Source of the DNA: Promethearchaeati archaeon SRVP18_Atabeyarchaeia-1
GTDB taxonomy: Archaea > Asgardarchaeota > Atabeyarchaeia > Atabeyarchaeales > Atabeyarchaeaceae
Assembly (NCBI GenBank): GCA_037308085.1
Contig: CP147779.1
Coordinates: forward strand, 1,056,001 to 1,120,000
Length of the DNA stretch: 64,000 bases
Reading direction: 5' to 3'
Below are positions 9,007-19,700 of the stretch, piece by piece. The notes beneath the pieces are model-generated. The model did not search any database and was not told the origin of the DNA. It worked only from the letters and a program-made list of their open reading frames with translations. Every line of letters starts with the position of its first letter. Position 1 is the stretch's first letter. The position numbers and the translations under genes are program-made.

Positions 9007-10236
9007 TCACCTGCTCAGCTCTTGCATTTGATCTTCCTTCATATCCGCTGCCTCATAGGGGATCTTAGCGAGTACTTCTGCAGCCTCGATAATCTCAGCG
9101 ACGATGTCCTTCTCGTTTGGTGGACGAATTGTCGTCCAGTCCCCGGGACCAAAGACAACGACATCGGTTGCGAAGCCGCTCTCCTTTAGATCCCTAGCAG
9201 AAACCGGGAAAGGCAGCCACTCGAAGATCGGTTCGAATCCACTTACTTTCAGGAAAGCCTCGGAGATTGCATTGACTACGAAGGATCGGGCATCTTCTCG
9301 AAATGGTTGCTCCACAAATTCATCCTCCACTGATAGTTGGCAGCCACTGTTCTTGCCAACGCGTTCCGCAACATGTCGGAATTCGCCCATGAGCTCCTTG
9401 TGCGAGCACTCGGGAGGCAAAGTAACATAGCTGTAAGATGCTATGGAGCTAACCCCCTCATCAACGCCTGACAAATCTGATGCAACCCGCGTGGTTGCAA
9501 TAGACGGGTAACCGATCAGGAAATTCGCGATGGTTGCAGATGGCGCCTTCCCGTACTCGACCGGGTATAAGTGATGTCTAGGTTTCATGAATTCATCTAC
9601 GCTTTTTCCGAATCTGGTCAACGCCTCCCAAGGACTGTCTCCAAGCCACGCAAAGGCGGGACTGTGTAGCCGTCCTCTTATTGCCAACTTGAAGACCAGA
9701 CAACCCTTCTGAACATTGCATACTCTGAGGCCAGTCGACTCGATCACGACAACGTGGTTTCTGGACTCGGGAGACATGTTCGCGCACATTGTGTTTTCCC
9801 TGAGCAAGCGGACATTGAAGTAGCTATCTGTAGAACGCCTTCCCTCACTTCCCAGAAGGACGAGTGAAACATCAATGGGAGGATCTCTGTCAGCTTCAGT
9901 CGATATTGCCCTCATGGCAAGAACTGCGGACACTATCTTTCCGGCCACTAGCTGCAGGCAATTCTTATCCCCAGATACTGCATGTTTGCACCTTGCATCG
10001 GGATAATCTCCCCAAGCGTTGACGAGGTATGTTATGGAGCGGGAGTGATCGTGACCCACTCTAGTGAAATATACGACGTTGTCACCACTTCTCGTTGGGT
10101 TCCTCCTGAGGAGACTCAAGCCTGATAGGTAATCATCAACGAGATACGTGGCTGAGCCATTCTCCAGGGATTGAAAGACCTGGCAGAACAATGCATAGGC
10201 TTCACTCTCGAGCAAGTGCTGAGCTCCGCCTCCCAT
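9007..10236 (-). CDS. M20 (ArgE/DapE) family homolog, predicted catalytically degenerate
   Basis: Retains M20 layout (VIESTG...QKG...I.GRLHSP, VVFGPG...PNE) but lacks HxD, the GRGxxDxKG Asp, EE and the C-terminal His. Confidence 0.7.
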   Translation of the reverse strand: MGGGAQHLLESEAYALFCQVFQSLENGSATYLVDDYLSGLSLLRRNPTRSGDNVVYFTRVGHDHSRSITYLVNAWGDYPDARCKHAVSGDKNCLQLVAGKIVSAVLAMRAISTEADRDPPIDVSLVLLGSEGRRSTDSYFNVRLLRENTMCANMSPESRNHVVVIESTGLRVCNVQKGCLVFKLAIRGRLHSPAFAWLGDSPWEALTRFGKSVDEFMKPRHHLYPVEYGKAPSATIANFLIGYPSIATTRVASDLSGVDEGVSSIASYSYVTLPPECSHKELMGEFRHVAERVGKNSGCQLSVEDEFVEQPFREDARSFVVNAISEAFLKVSGFEPIFEWLPFPVSARDLKESGFATDVVVFGPGDWTTIRPPNEKDIVAEIIEAAEVLAKIPYEAADMKEDQMQELSR

Positions 10237-10373
10237 ACTATTCCGAATGACTCGACACCTCCCAGGCTCGTCTAGTCAAGCAAACATGATCTATGAAAAA
10301 CCAGCTAATAACAAAGACGCTTCTCCCCGCAGCGGGAAAGCTGAGGGGCGATGGCGCCAACCCCCCAAAAACG

Positions 10374-10380
10374 TTAAATA
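10374..10380 (+). promoter_or_regulatory. TATA-like box upstream of the uS12 gene
   Basis: TTAAATA preceded by an A-rich BRE-like stretch, about 60 nt before ATG 10440. Confidence 0.4.
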
Positions 10381-10439
10381 GCACTCCAATTATCCATTAT
10401 CCTCACGCACAACCCAAAAGTTACGGTTGATGATAAAAC

Positions 10440-10874
10440 ATGGGCAAATCCCCAACCGGAATGTACGCCGCCAAAAAGATCGTGGAAAACCGAAAACACT
10501 TCAGGTGGCGCAACCGAGACTTCAAAAACAGAATGCTCCGAATCAGAGAAATGACCCCATCCGAAGGCGCACCACAATCCACCGGCATAGTCCTCGAAAA
10601 AGTCGGCCGAGAACCAAGAAAACCCAGCTCCGGAGTCAGAAAATGCGTGAGAATCCAACTCATCAAAAACGGCAGAACCGTCACAGCCTTCATCCCCCTC
10701 GACGGAGCCCTCGACTACGTAGACGAACACGACGAAGTACTTATTGAAGGCATTGGGGGCAGAAAAGGTGGATCAATGGGCGACCTGCCGGGGGTAAGAT
10801 ACCGCGTTATCAAGGTTAACGGCATCTCGATCCAGGCACTTTGGACAGGCAAGAAGGAAAAGCCCCTTAAATAG
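10440..10874 (+). CDS. rps12: 30S ribosomal protein S12 (uS12), divergent stand-alone copy
   Basis: GIVLEKVG...[12 protein letters not shown]...TAF.P.DGA...DEHDEV...[14 protein letters not shown] replaced by RKPSSG; no rps7 or EF-2 neighbours. Confidence 0.95.
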   Translation: MGKSPTGMYAAKKIVENRKHFRWRNRDFKNRMLRIREMTPSEGAPQSTGIVLEKVGREPRKPSSGVRKCVRIQLIKNGRTVTAFIPLDGALDYVDEHDEVLIEGIGGRKGGSMGDLPGVRYRVIKVNGISIQALWTGKKEKPLK

Positions 10875-10877
10875 GCT

Positions 10878-10901
10878 GTTTTTTCGGGTCTTTTCTCCTC
10901 T
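10878..10901 (+). terminator. T-rich archaeal terminator after rps12
   Basis: TGTTTTTTCGGGTCTTTTCTCC immediately after the stop codon. Confidence 0.4.
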
Positions 10902-10960
10902 TACTACACATTCGTCTTGGATGCCTCAAAGGATTCGCTGACTATGGTGCTTGCTGCACA

Positions 10961-10982
10961 TTTGTAATACTTTGTAATACTT
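10961..10982. repeat. 10-bp tandem direct repeat (TTTGTAATAC x2)
   Basis: tttgtaatac tttgtaatac tt between the rps12 and endonuclease stop codons. Confidence 0.85.
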
Positions 10983-10990
10983 CCTCTTAG

Positions 10991-13402
10991 TCATCTAGAT
11001 GAGGTTTTGGAGTTTTTCAGCATGTTCTTGAGTCTTTCTTGTTTTCTCTTCTGTGGGAAGCCAATTTCGCTGTAGAAGGTTTTAATTGCTTCTTTCGCGC
11101 CTATTTGCAGAGCCCACAAGACACCGTAGCCCCCTTCCCTTTTGTAAATCTCCTTTGGGCGCTCATTGAAGCCAATCCCAAAATCGCCTGTCAGGATTCT
11201 TGCCTCCGACTCCAGGATTTGTGGGCGTATCGAGTCTAGTGTCTCTTGGATGTCTTGAGGTAGATCTTTGAACATGTAGTACTTGACGCCTTTCTTATGC
11301 AGGTCGGCTTTGCGCGTCTTTCTCTTCCATTGTTCGCTCATGATATCAAGGCGGTTCCTCTGCTCGACCGATAGATTATGAGTTCCATCTATGGCTCTCT
11401 CCAATGTTATTATTCCGCAATGTGTCGAAGGTGATCCTTCGTCACCGAAGGCTTGTACCAGCCACTCTCGTTTCATTTCAGGTGACCCTTGTCGTATAAA
11501 CGCCGGTATGTCCGGGTTTTGCAGAATGATTCTGCCAGTTACTGCCCCTGATCTCTGTAGTGTGTGACCAACGATGTCTGTTGTTGCGCGCAGTCTTGGG
11601 ATCCTACCGTCGTCGAATATTCTGTCGGTAATGTTTGGGTCGCCGAATATGTTTCTTAGTGATTCCGCGATCCTTCTTCTTTGTTCGTCGTCTTTGTTTG
11701 TGTATTCGAATCTCGGTCCTGCGCGTTTAGGTGTGTGAATTGATCCGTCTGAGTATCTTGCTGCCATGATTCTTGCTCCGTGTGGGGTTCTTAGGTTGAA
11801 GGGGAGTTTTGGGTTTTTGATTGCTCTGGCGTTTCCTATTGCTGCGGTGTGGTGGTTTGGCTCGTCGAGGTCTCTGCCGAGGTATCTAAGGATTGGGATA
11901 AGTTTGTTGGCCACCATGCCGTCCATTCGTTCGCTCAGTTGGTCGTTTAGGTATTTGATTGCGATCTGTGTTTCTCTTTTCCTGAGTTCGTTTCGGAGTT
12001 GTGTTTTTCCTCCTGCTTTGTTTATTGCTGCGTGTAGTAGTTCATGTTTGTACTCTTTGTCGAGGTAGATGGCGATTGTTTGTGGCAGTGCGTACCATGG
12101 TGTTTCGTAGGGTGGGATTGTCTTGTTTTCTGTTGGTATGTGGAGGGTTTCTTCCCCTTGCCTTGTTTTGTATCTGTAGAGGTGTAGGTTTCCTACCTTT
12201 TCTGCTTCGATGGTTGTGATCTTGTATTCTTGGTTTTGGTATTCTATTGTGATTGCTTTGCCCTCGAGTTTGAAGGTTGTTTTTTCGCGTGGTTTTGGTG
12301 GGGGGTGTGTTTTTTCGGTGAATGGTCTGGGGGAGAGGGCTATGCCATCTGTTCTCACGGTTAGAGTTTGGGCTTCTCCTCTTCTTGCCGTTGTTAGCAG
12401 CTTCTCGGTGGCGTCTTCGCTGAGTCTTATCGCTTTGTTTTCGATTTGCCCCGTAGCGAGTATTTTCCCTTGTTGTGTTTGGATGGCGATACTTGCGTAG
12501 TCTCCGTCTCTGACTTTGAGGCCGAGTTCTTCGAGTTTCTCGGTGAGCTGTATTCTTGTTTCTCCGCTAGTTGTGGTTGGTGTGACTTGGATGCCATGTG
12601 TCCAGGGGGGCTCTCCGGGTCCTCTCACGTTTAGGACATGGACATTTACTTTGTCTCCTGTCTTGATGCCTAGGTTTTCGATGTCTGCTTTCTTGATGTT
12701 TGCTCTTGTTCCCTTCACCACTGTTAGCACGGCGATGGCTTGGACGCCGTCCTTCTCGAGCAGCGCCGTTATTATGTCTCTTCGGTGGAACTCGACGTTT
12801 GTCATGGGGTCAAGCTTTAGGTAGAATGTCTGCTGGGCTTGACTGTAGTCTACTCTTGCGCAGGGGTTTCGTGTACTCTCAATAAACGCGTCGATGCTAT
12901 AGGCTGCTCCTTTCCACTTTATGGCTATGTCTTGGCTTTCGGGTGATTGGAGGCTCCTCAATGCTTGCTCCAGGTCTTTCCCGGCCATGCGTGATAGTTG
13001 CTGTAGATCCTTTAGGGCGATGTGTTCTCTGTTGCTCTCCCAGTAGAACACTTGACTCTCACTGTATCCTAGCTCATGAGCAAGCCTGTGCCTGCTGAGG
13101 CCTAGCTCTGTGCGCCACACTCTAACTAATTCACCTGCACCAAGCACCCACGCATCGTGAACCCTTGTCTTGCTCAGCTCGGTTGTATTGGTTGCTTGTT
13201 CTGCTGCCGCCCTGTCGGTGTTGCTAAGGTGCTCTGTATTGGTCCTTGCAGAAGCGTCACCGTCGCCTCTTGTCTTGGTGCTTTCCGTTGTCTCCCCCTG
13301 CCCATGCGTGTCCACGTCATTGGGTTGTTGTTGTGGCTGCTGCTCTGATGCTTGTGATGGTTCTCGCCCGCATTCCGCTATTTTCGTGCCCTCGTTCTCC
13401 AT
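10991..13402 (-). mobile_element. Free-standing LAGLIDADG homing-endonuclease-like protein with XRE HTH and AbrB-like domains
   Basis: Two LAGLIDADG-type helices (RIMAARYSDGS; EWLVQAFGDEGS) and an FYSEIGF..KRKQ tail typical of intein-type endonucleases; N-terminal XRE HTH (GLSRHRLAHELGYSESQVFYWE); LGIKTGDKV AbrB-like motif; no intein splicing termini; atypical A/C-rich coding strand. Confidence 0.72.
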
Positions 13403-13744
13403 AACAGACTACTATGTTTGATGGTATTTTAACTCGCCATAGGGCTCCTCTTCTCCCTCAATGCATAGGCACATAGAATTCCGCGTTTCGCCGCATTTCC
13501 CCGTGACTGTCACGAACCCAGTCGAGTGTTGTCTTCCTTTTGATGTCTTGTTGGCCACCAGGAATCTTGGTCTCATCTTGCAGGGACTGCTCGCAGGCTG
13601 GGTCTGACTTCTCGTGGCTTTGCCCGAAAAGCGTGTTCAAGCATCGGCTGTGATTCGGATTGCTGCTGGCAAGGTTTTTTATCCTGTTTAAATACAGTCA
13701 CTAGTTTGCATCAACCCATCATTTTTCGGTGAGCGAGTGGACAA

Positions 13745-16700
13745 ATGGCAATAAGATTCGTCGGGGGTTCTCCTCCAAGCGATGAGGAGACTTTTGGGAA
13801 GCTGCGCCCGTACGTGGCTGGGTGGTTCAAGGAGAAGTTTGGGGAGATGACTCCCCCGCAGAAGTACGCTATTCCTCTGATCCAGAGGAACGAGAATACG
13901 CTGGTGTTTTCCAGCACGGGGTCTGGCAAGACCTTGGCCGCCTTCCTGTCCATGATAGACAAGCTGTTCTCGATGGGTGAGAGCGGTGAGTTAGAGGAAA
14001 CTGTTTATGTCCTCTATGTTAGTCCCCTCAGGGCGCTTAACAATGATATCAAGCGGAACTTGATGGTTCCACTTGAAGGTATAAGGGAGACTTCGCGCAG
14101 GGCAAATGTGGAGTTGCCCATGATAAATGTGGCTGTGAGGACTGGGGATACGCCGCAGGCTGAGCGGAGCAGAATGCTTCGCCACCCGCCTCATATACTG
14201 ATAACGACTCCTGAGACGCTCTCTATAGTCCTTAACTCGCCCAAGTTCAGCGAGCGCCTAAAGACGATTAAGTGGGTGATTGTCGACGAGATCCACGAGT
14301 TGTGTGACTCCAAGAGAGGAGTTCACTTGTCTCTTAGCCTTGAGCGGCTCCAACACCTTATTGGCGGTGACAAGGAGTTTGTCCGAGTCGGTTGCAGTGC
14401 GACTCAGGCCCCGGTGGATGAGATAGCCAAATTCCTCGTGGGGTACCGGGATGATGGTTCTTTTAGAGACTGTAACATAGTTGATGTCTACTCTACGAAG
14501 TCGCTTGACATTGGCGTTATCACGCCAGTCTCAAATCTCGCGTATGCAAGCTACGACTCTGCAACAGACAACATGTATGAGCTTCTGAAAAAGCAGATTG
14601 ACTCGCACACTACGACACTCGTTTTTACGAATACTCGTAGCGGAACGGAGCGTATCGCCTTCAGGCTCAAGGAGTTGTATGGCGATGAATCCGTGGATCA
14701 GCTGGCAGCCCACCATGGCAGTCTGAGCCGTGATACGAGGCTCGATGTGGAAGAGCGCCTGAAGAAGGGGCAGCTGAAAGCGGCTGTCAGCTCAACTTCC
14801 CTTGAACTCGGTATAGACATCGGGTACATAGACTTGGTCTGCCAGATTGGTAGTCCCAAAAGCGTCGCTAAGGGCTTACAGAGAATCGGGAGGGCAGGGC
14901 ATGCGCTTCATGAGACTTCCATCGGTCGCCTGCTCGTTTTCGACCTTGATGACCTTGTCGAATGCACAGTATTGGTTAAGTCTGCCTACGAAGGGAAGAT
15001 CGACAGGGTTGCGATACCGAGAAACTGCTTGGATGTATTGGCCCAGCACTTGGTGGGTATGAGCATCGAATCGAAGTGGACTCCAGATGATGCATTGAGA
15101 CTGATTAGGCGTTCCTATTGTTATCATGAATTGCCTAAAGAGGATTTCATGGGTGTAATCAGGTATCTGGCAGGGGAGCATGTTAACCTCGAAGAACGCG
15201 GGGTGTACAGGAAGTTATGGTTTGACGAGGATCAGCAGGTTTTTGGTAGGAAGAGAGGCGCACGGATGATATACTTCCTGAACATTGGGACTATCCCCGA
15301 AGAATCGAATTACAGGGTTCTCCTTGAGGAGTACAGGAATCCGTTGGGGCAACTGTCGGAGAGCTTCGTTGAGCGGCTTCAGCCGGGCGACATTTTCGTG
15401 CTAGGTGGCAGAGCGTATGAATTCAGAAGAACAAGTGGCATGAAAGTCTATGTGAGGCCCGCCTTTGGTCGGCGCCCGACGGTTCCATCATGGACTGGGG
15501 AAATGCTTCCAAGGAGTTTCGACTTGTCATGCGAGATCGGCAAGTTCCGGCAGGTAATAGCTGGTAGGATTAAGAAGGAAGGTTTGGATGCTACGAAGAA
15601 GTGGCTTCTCGAAGAATACCGGGTTGACGAGAGATCTGCAGACAGCATGATCGTGTACTTCAGGAACCAGCTTGCGATCACGGGAACAGTGCCAACAGAC
15701 AAGAGGATCATGATTGAAGGGTACATCGACAAGAGAGGGAGACTCAACATAATCTTCCACAGCGTCTATGGTCGTCGGGTGAATGACGCACTGAGCAGGG
15801 CATACGCCTATGCCATAACTAGGGTCTCAAAGGTGAATGTGGGCACAGCGATTCTGGACGATGGATTCGTCATCACTCTTCCAGCAGGAAGAATGATCGA
15901 CTTGAACAGGGTTCCGCTACTCGTAAACCCTGAGAATGTCGAAGACTTCATCCGCAAGGCAATTAGAAAGACGGAGCTTTTCAAACAGAGATTCAGACAC
16001 TGCGCAGTAAGAAGCTTCATGGTTCTAAGGATGTACAAAGGGTGGGAGATATCTGTAAGCAGACAGCAGACCAGGGCGATAAAGGTCCTTGACCTGCTTG
16101 AGGGAATGGAGGACTTCCCCGTCGTAAAAGAGACTTACCGAGAGATACTTGAAGACGACATGGATCTTCCAAACGCAAAGAACGTTATCAACGGGCTAAA
16201 GAGCGGAGATATCGAGTCTAGGGTTCTTCCGCTCACTGACGTGCCTTCCCCATTCTCACACGGTCTTATCCTCGTTGGGGCTGAAGACGTGGTGTTAATG
16301 GAGGATCGCGAAGCATTATTGAGAGAGTTGCATCGGCAAGTCCTTTCAAGGGTAATAGGCGAAGCTGGGGAAGTGCTCTTCTCGGAGGAGACCGTTCAGG
16401 CTTTGTATAACCAGAGGCAGCACTTAACTCCTGAAACACAAGGGAAAGAAAAGGAAGACATAGTACGAATTCTGCATGATATAGGACCGGCGGAGATATT
16501 CCGAGACACATATCCCACGATCTTGAACAGAATGGCAGTTGATCCTGAGACCGTTAGCCAATGGGCTGAGGAGCTCGTAATGGAGGGTCGAGTAATTATC
16601 ATTAGAACTCCAAAAGGGGAGAGCTTCGGAGTTACGACAGACGACTTCGTAACCTACTATCATGTTTTCAGGAGTGCGCCAGGCGAGCTCGATGAGCTTG

Positions 16701-19700
16701 AGAAAAACATGCTGAAGGCGTTGGAAGTCAAACCTCTCAAAGCCAGCGAACTAATGGTATCGCTGAATTCCGGTTACCCCCATGTTAGGAGAGCATTGCG
16801 AAGACTGGAAAGGGCCATGCTCGTAGTGAGATCAAAGTATTCGCCGAAGGGATCCGCAAGGGAGCAAGCTCTTGAGACAACGTGGAGTCTCACGTCGAGG
16901 CATCTCCCGAGCCAGGTTTTTGCCAGTGTGGAACATGCCGATCCTGAGGAGGAGAAAGAGAAGGCCGTAAAGCATTTCCTTAGGTCCTTTGGTCCATGTG
17001 TCGCGTCGGAAGTGGCCACTCACCTCAACATGTCAGAAGAAGAAGCAGAAAAGATCTTCAACCGCCTAGAGAGGATGGGCGATGTACTGAGTGGATATTT
17101 CATACCCTCAAAGCCGCCTCGCCAGTACCTCCTTGCCGAAGACAGGGAACTACTAAAGCAGATAGAGAAGAGTCGAGAACCCATTCGTTTCCCAGAGGCA
17201 GTGGTGACCCAGCTAGTCTTGGAGAAGCAACATCTAACTCCCACCACGAGAGGCAAGGGAGAAGAAGACATAGTCACAATGATCGCCGAGCTGGGACCAA
17301 TACAGTCGCACAGAGCTTTGTACCACAGGATCGAGAAATTCGATCTAGATACACTGAGAAGGCTTTGGGCTTCCGAGAAGAAGCTAATGTTGGGCAGATT
17401 CACGGAGAGAGGTCTATCATATATCCGTACAAGTGACTTGCCGATCTACGTAGCGCTGAGAGAAGCTAACGGAGTATTGCTCTCAGACCTTGACAGACTT
17501 GTATTGGGCATCATAGAAAAGGAGAATCCTATAACCAAAGGCAGAATAACGGCATTGACCGGGCTTGAAAAACCCACGGTCGAGGAGAGTCTGGAAAGGC
17601 TTGAAGAATCTCTGCTGGTTTTGAGGACCGTCCCTTACGACATGGAGCCCGAGGCCCAGCAAGTAATCCTGTACGAGCCTGCGGGTAACTATACTTCGCA
17701 GTTTCAGAAACTCTCAAGAAGTGAGGCGCTTAGGACTCTTATCCAGCGCACCATTGAAGGACATGGGATGATCACAATACAGGGCATAATATCATTAACT
17801 AATCTTCCATACGACGAAGTCGAAAGCACCCTGTCGGCACTCAGGAGAGAGAGACTGATTGTCTCAGGGCAATTCATTGAAGGCATACCAATAGAAACCT
17901 ACCTCGTCGCGAAGGATCTCCAAAGGTTGAAGGAACTCGGCAGCGAGTTTGCTGTCGGCGGGACGAAGGAGGGTGAGATCCCATTTGAGGGCAGGATCAT
18001 GGTGGATGTCCTCGGCAATTTGGACCCCTATACTTGGAGGGTTGCCCAGCAACTGTCAGACCTCTATGGAAGTGCTTTTCTTAATCCGATAGTGGTTGAC
18101 GGCGTGCTTGTAGGGGCAGCCGACCTTCATGTTACCCAGGACCTATTGCACGTAGCTGACCTAAAGGTGTCTGAACTTCTGCTCGAAAAACCTGAGCTGT
18201 TGGAAAAAATCGCGAAACGATTCATCGAAATCGCTTCATATTACGGGCTTATGGCTGCGGAGGTCGAATTTGTCTGGGGGCAGCCGGCCGTTACAGAGAA
18301 AAACGAGAAACTGGTCAAGGTTTTCACCGAACTCGGCTATGAGATCGTTGGCGACAGGCTCTGTTGGGGAGAAACGCCTTCAGAACTATTCGACGAGCAG
18401 GTTGTCAGGGTATTTCAGTTTAAGAAGCAACACGTGGATCCAGAAACCCGGGGTAGAACAAGAGACGATGTCTATCGGATAATGCGGGACATCGGTCCCA
18501 TATGGACCCCCTGGGAGGAGAAGCTTAGCATTAGAGTGGAGGATTTGAGAAGAGAATGGGTTGAAGAATTGTTGAAGAAGGATAGGGTACTAGTCGAAGA
18601 TACTCTGCTTGGGTCAAAACCGATGCTTCTTCCGGTGAAAGACTGGCCGACTTACTGGTGGGCGTGCAAGACACCTGTGAAGCTTAGCTTAGATGCGGTG
18701 AAACTACTGAAAGTAATAAGAGAGAATGGTCCGATTTCGAAAAAGTCGCTCATTAGGAAGTCGCTGATGCACCAGTTAGACGTAGAACACCTTCTGTCGA
18801 TTCTGTGCCAAATGAGACTGATCACGAACATAGGAAACTCGACAACTGCGGGAATATGGGTCACTATTGACCAATGGCTTCCGGCAACGGTGAAGCTGGA
18901 GGACTATGTTGAGCCACATGAGGCGAGAAGGAGGATCATCCTCAGGCTTCTTAGAAGCTTGGGTCCATTAACGGTATCGCAGTTACGTGAGCTTACGGCG
19001 CTTCACTCAAGGCAGGTAAGACTAGTTCTCTCGGAACTCAGAGATCAAGGAATCGTGGGACTTGGTAGGTTCCTGAGATCTCCCAGGACGCAGATACAGT
19101 TTGTCGCTCTTGAGGACTTGGAGGAACTGCATTCCATCTCATCAATGGTGAAGGACGGAGACTATGGGAGAACGACCCGTGCTTTTACGGTACCGCCGGG
19201 CGATCCACTCTACTACGCCCTGAAGGACGAAATCAAAAGCACCTTCAGAACGGGATGGTGCTATACAGTGGTTCTAAATGACGATCTGGTCGCCGCCTTC
19301 AAATCAAAGGGAGCAAAGAAGAAACACTTCATAATAACTGATCTATTAATTCAAGGCAAGCAGGTCGAGAGGAAAGAAGTCATCCTAAAGATCATCGGCC
19401 AAATAGATGAAACTGCTAGATGCGTCGGATCCCTTGACATCGAAGTCAAGAGTATCAACGAGAAACCCGTGACCTATGAAGGCAACCAAAGTATTGTGGA
19501 GATCTTCAAGTCTGCGGGCTACAAGGCTGGCGGACTAGTTCTCTACAAACCTTTCTCAGTATCTATTCAGCCAAGCGGCAAGGAGGTTTTCGCCGAGGAT
19601 GTTTGCGTAGAGTTCTTGATGCGTAGGCAACATCTCTCTCCGCAGTACAAGGGTAGAGGAAAGGATGAAATACTCAAGGTTCTGCACGACATAGGACGTG

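Noticed and set aside
9007-9009. In-frame TGA read as selenocysteine
   Set aside because: It falls in a linker, not at a Cys-equivalent catalytic site, and I see no SECIS-like hairpin; an AUA start or simple readthrough is more economical
9230-9240. GGTTCGAATCC, a tRNA T-loop-like motif
   Set aside because: Lies inside a CDS with no cloverleaf around it
10346-10370. GGCGATGG, resembling the start of a fluoride riboswitch
   Set aside because: The downstream pseudoknot and conserved 3' elements are missing, and the adjacent gene is unrelated to fluoride
10991-13402. Intein or group I intron as host of the LAGLIDADG domain
   Set aside because: No Cys/Ser-start or His-Asn-end splicing motifs, and no interrupted host gene
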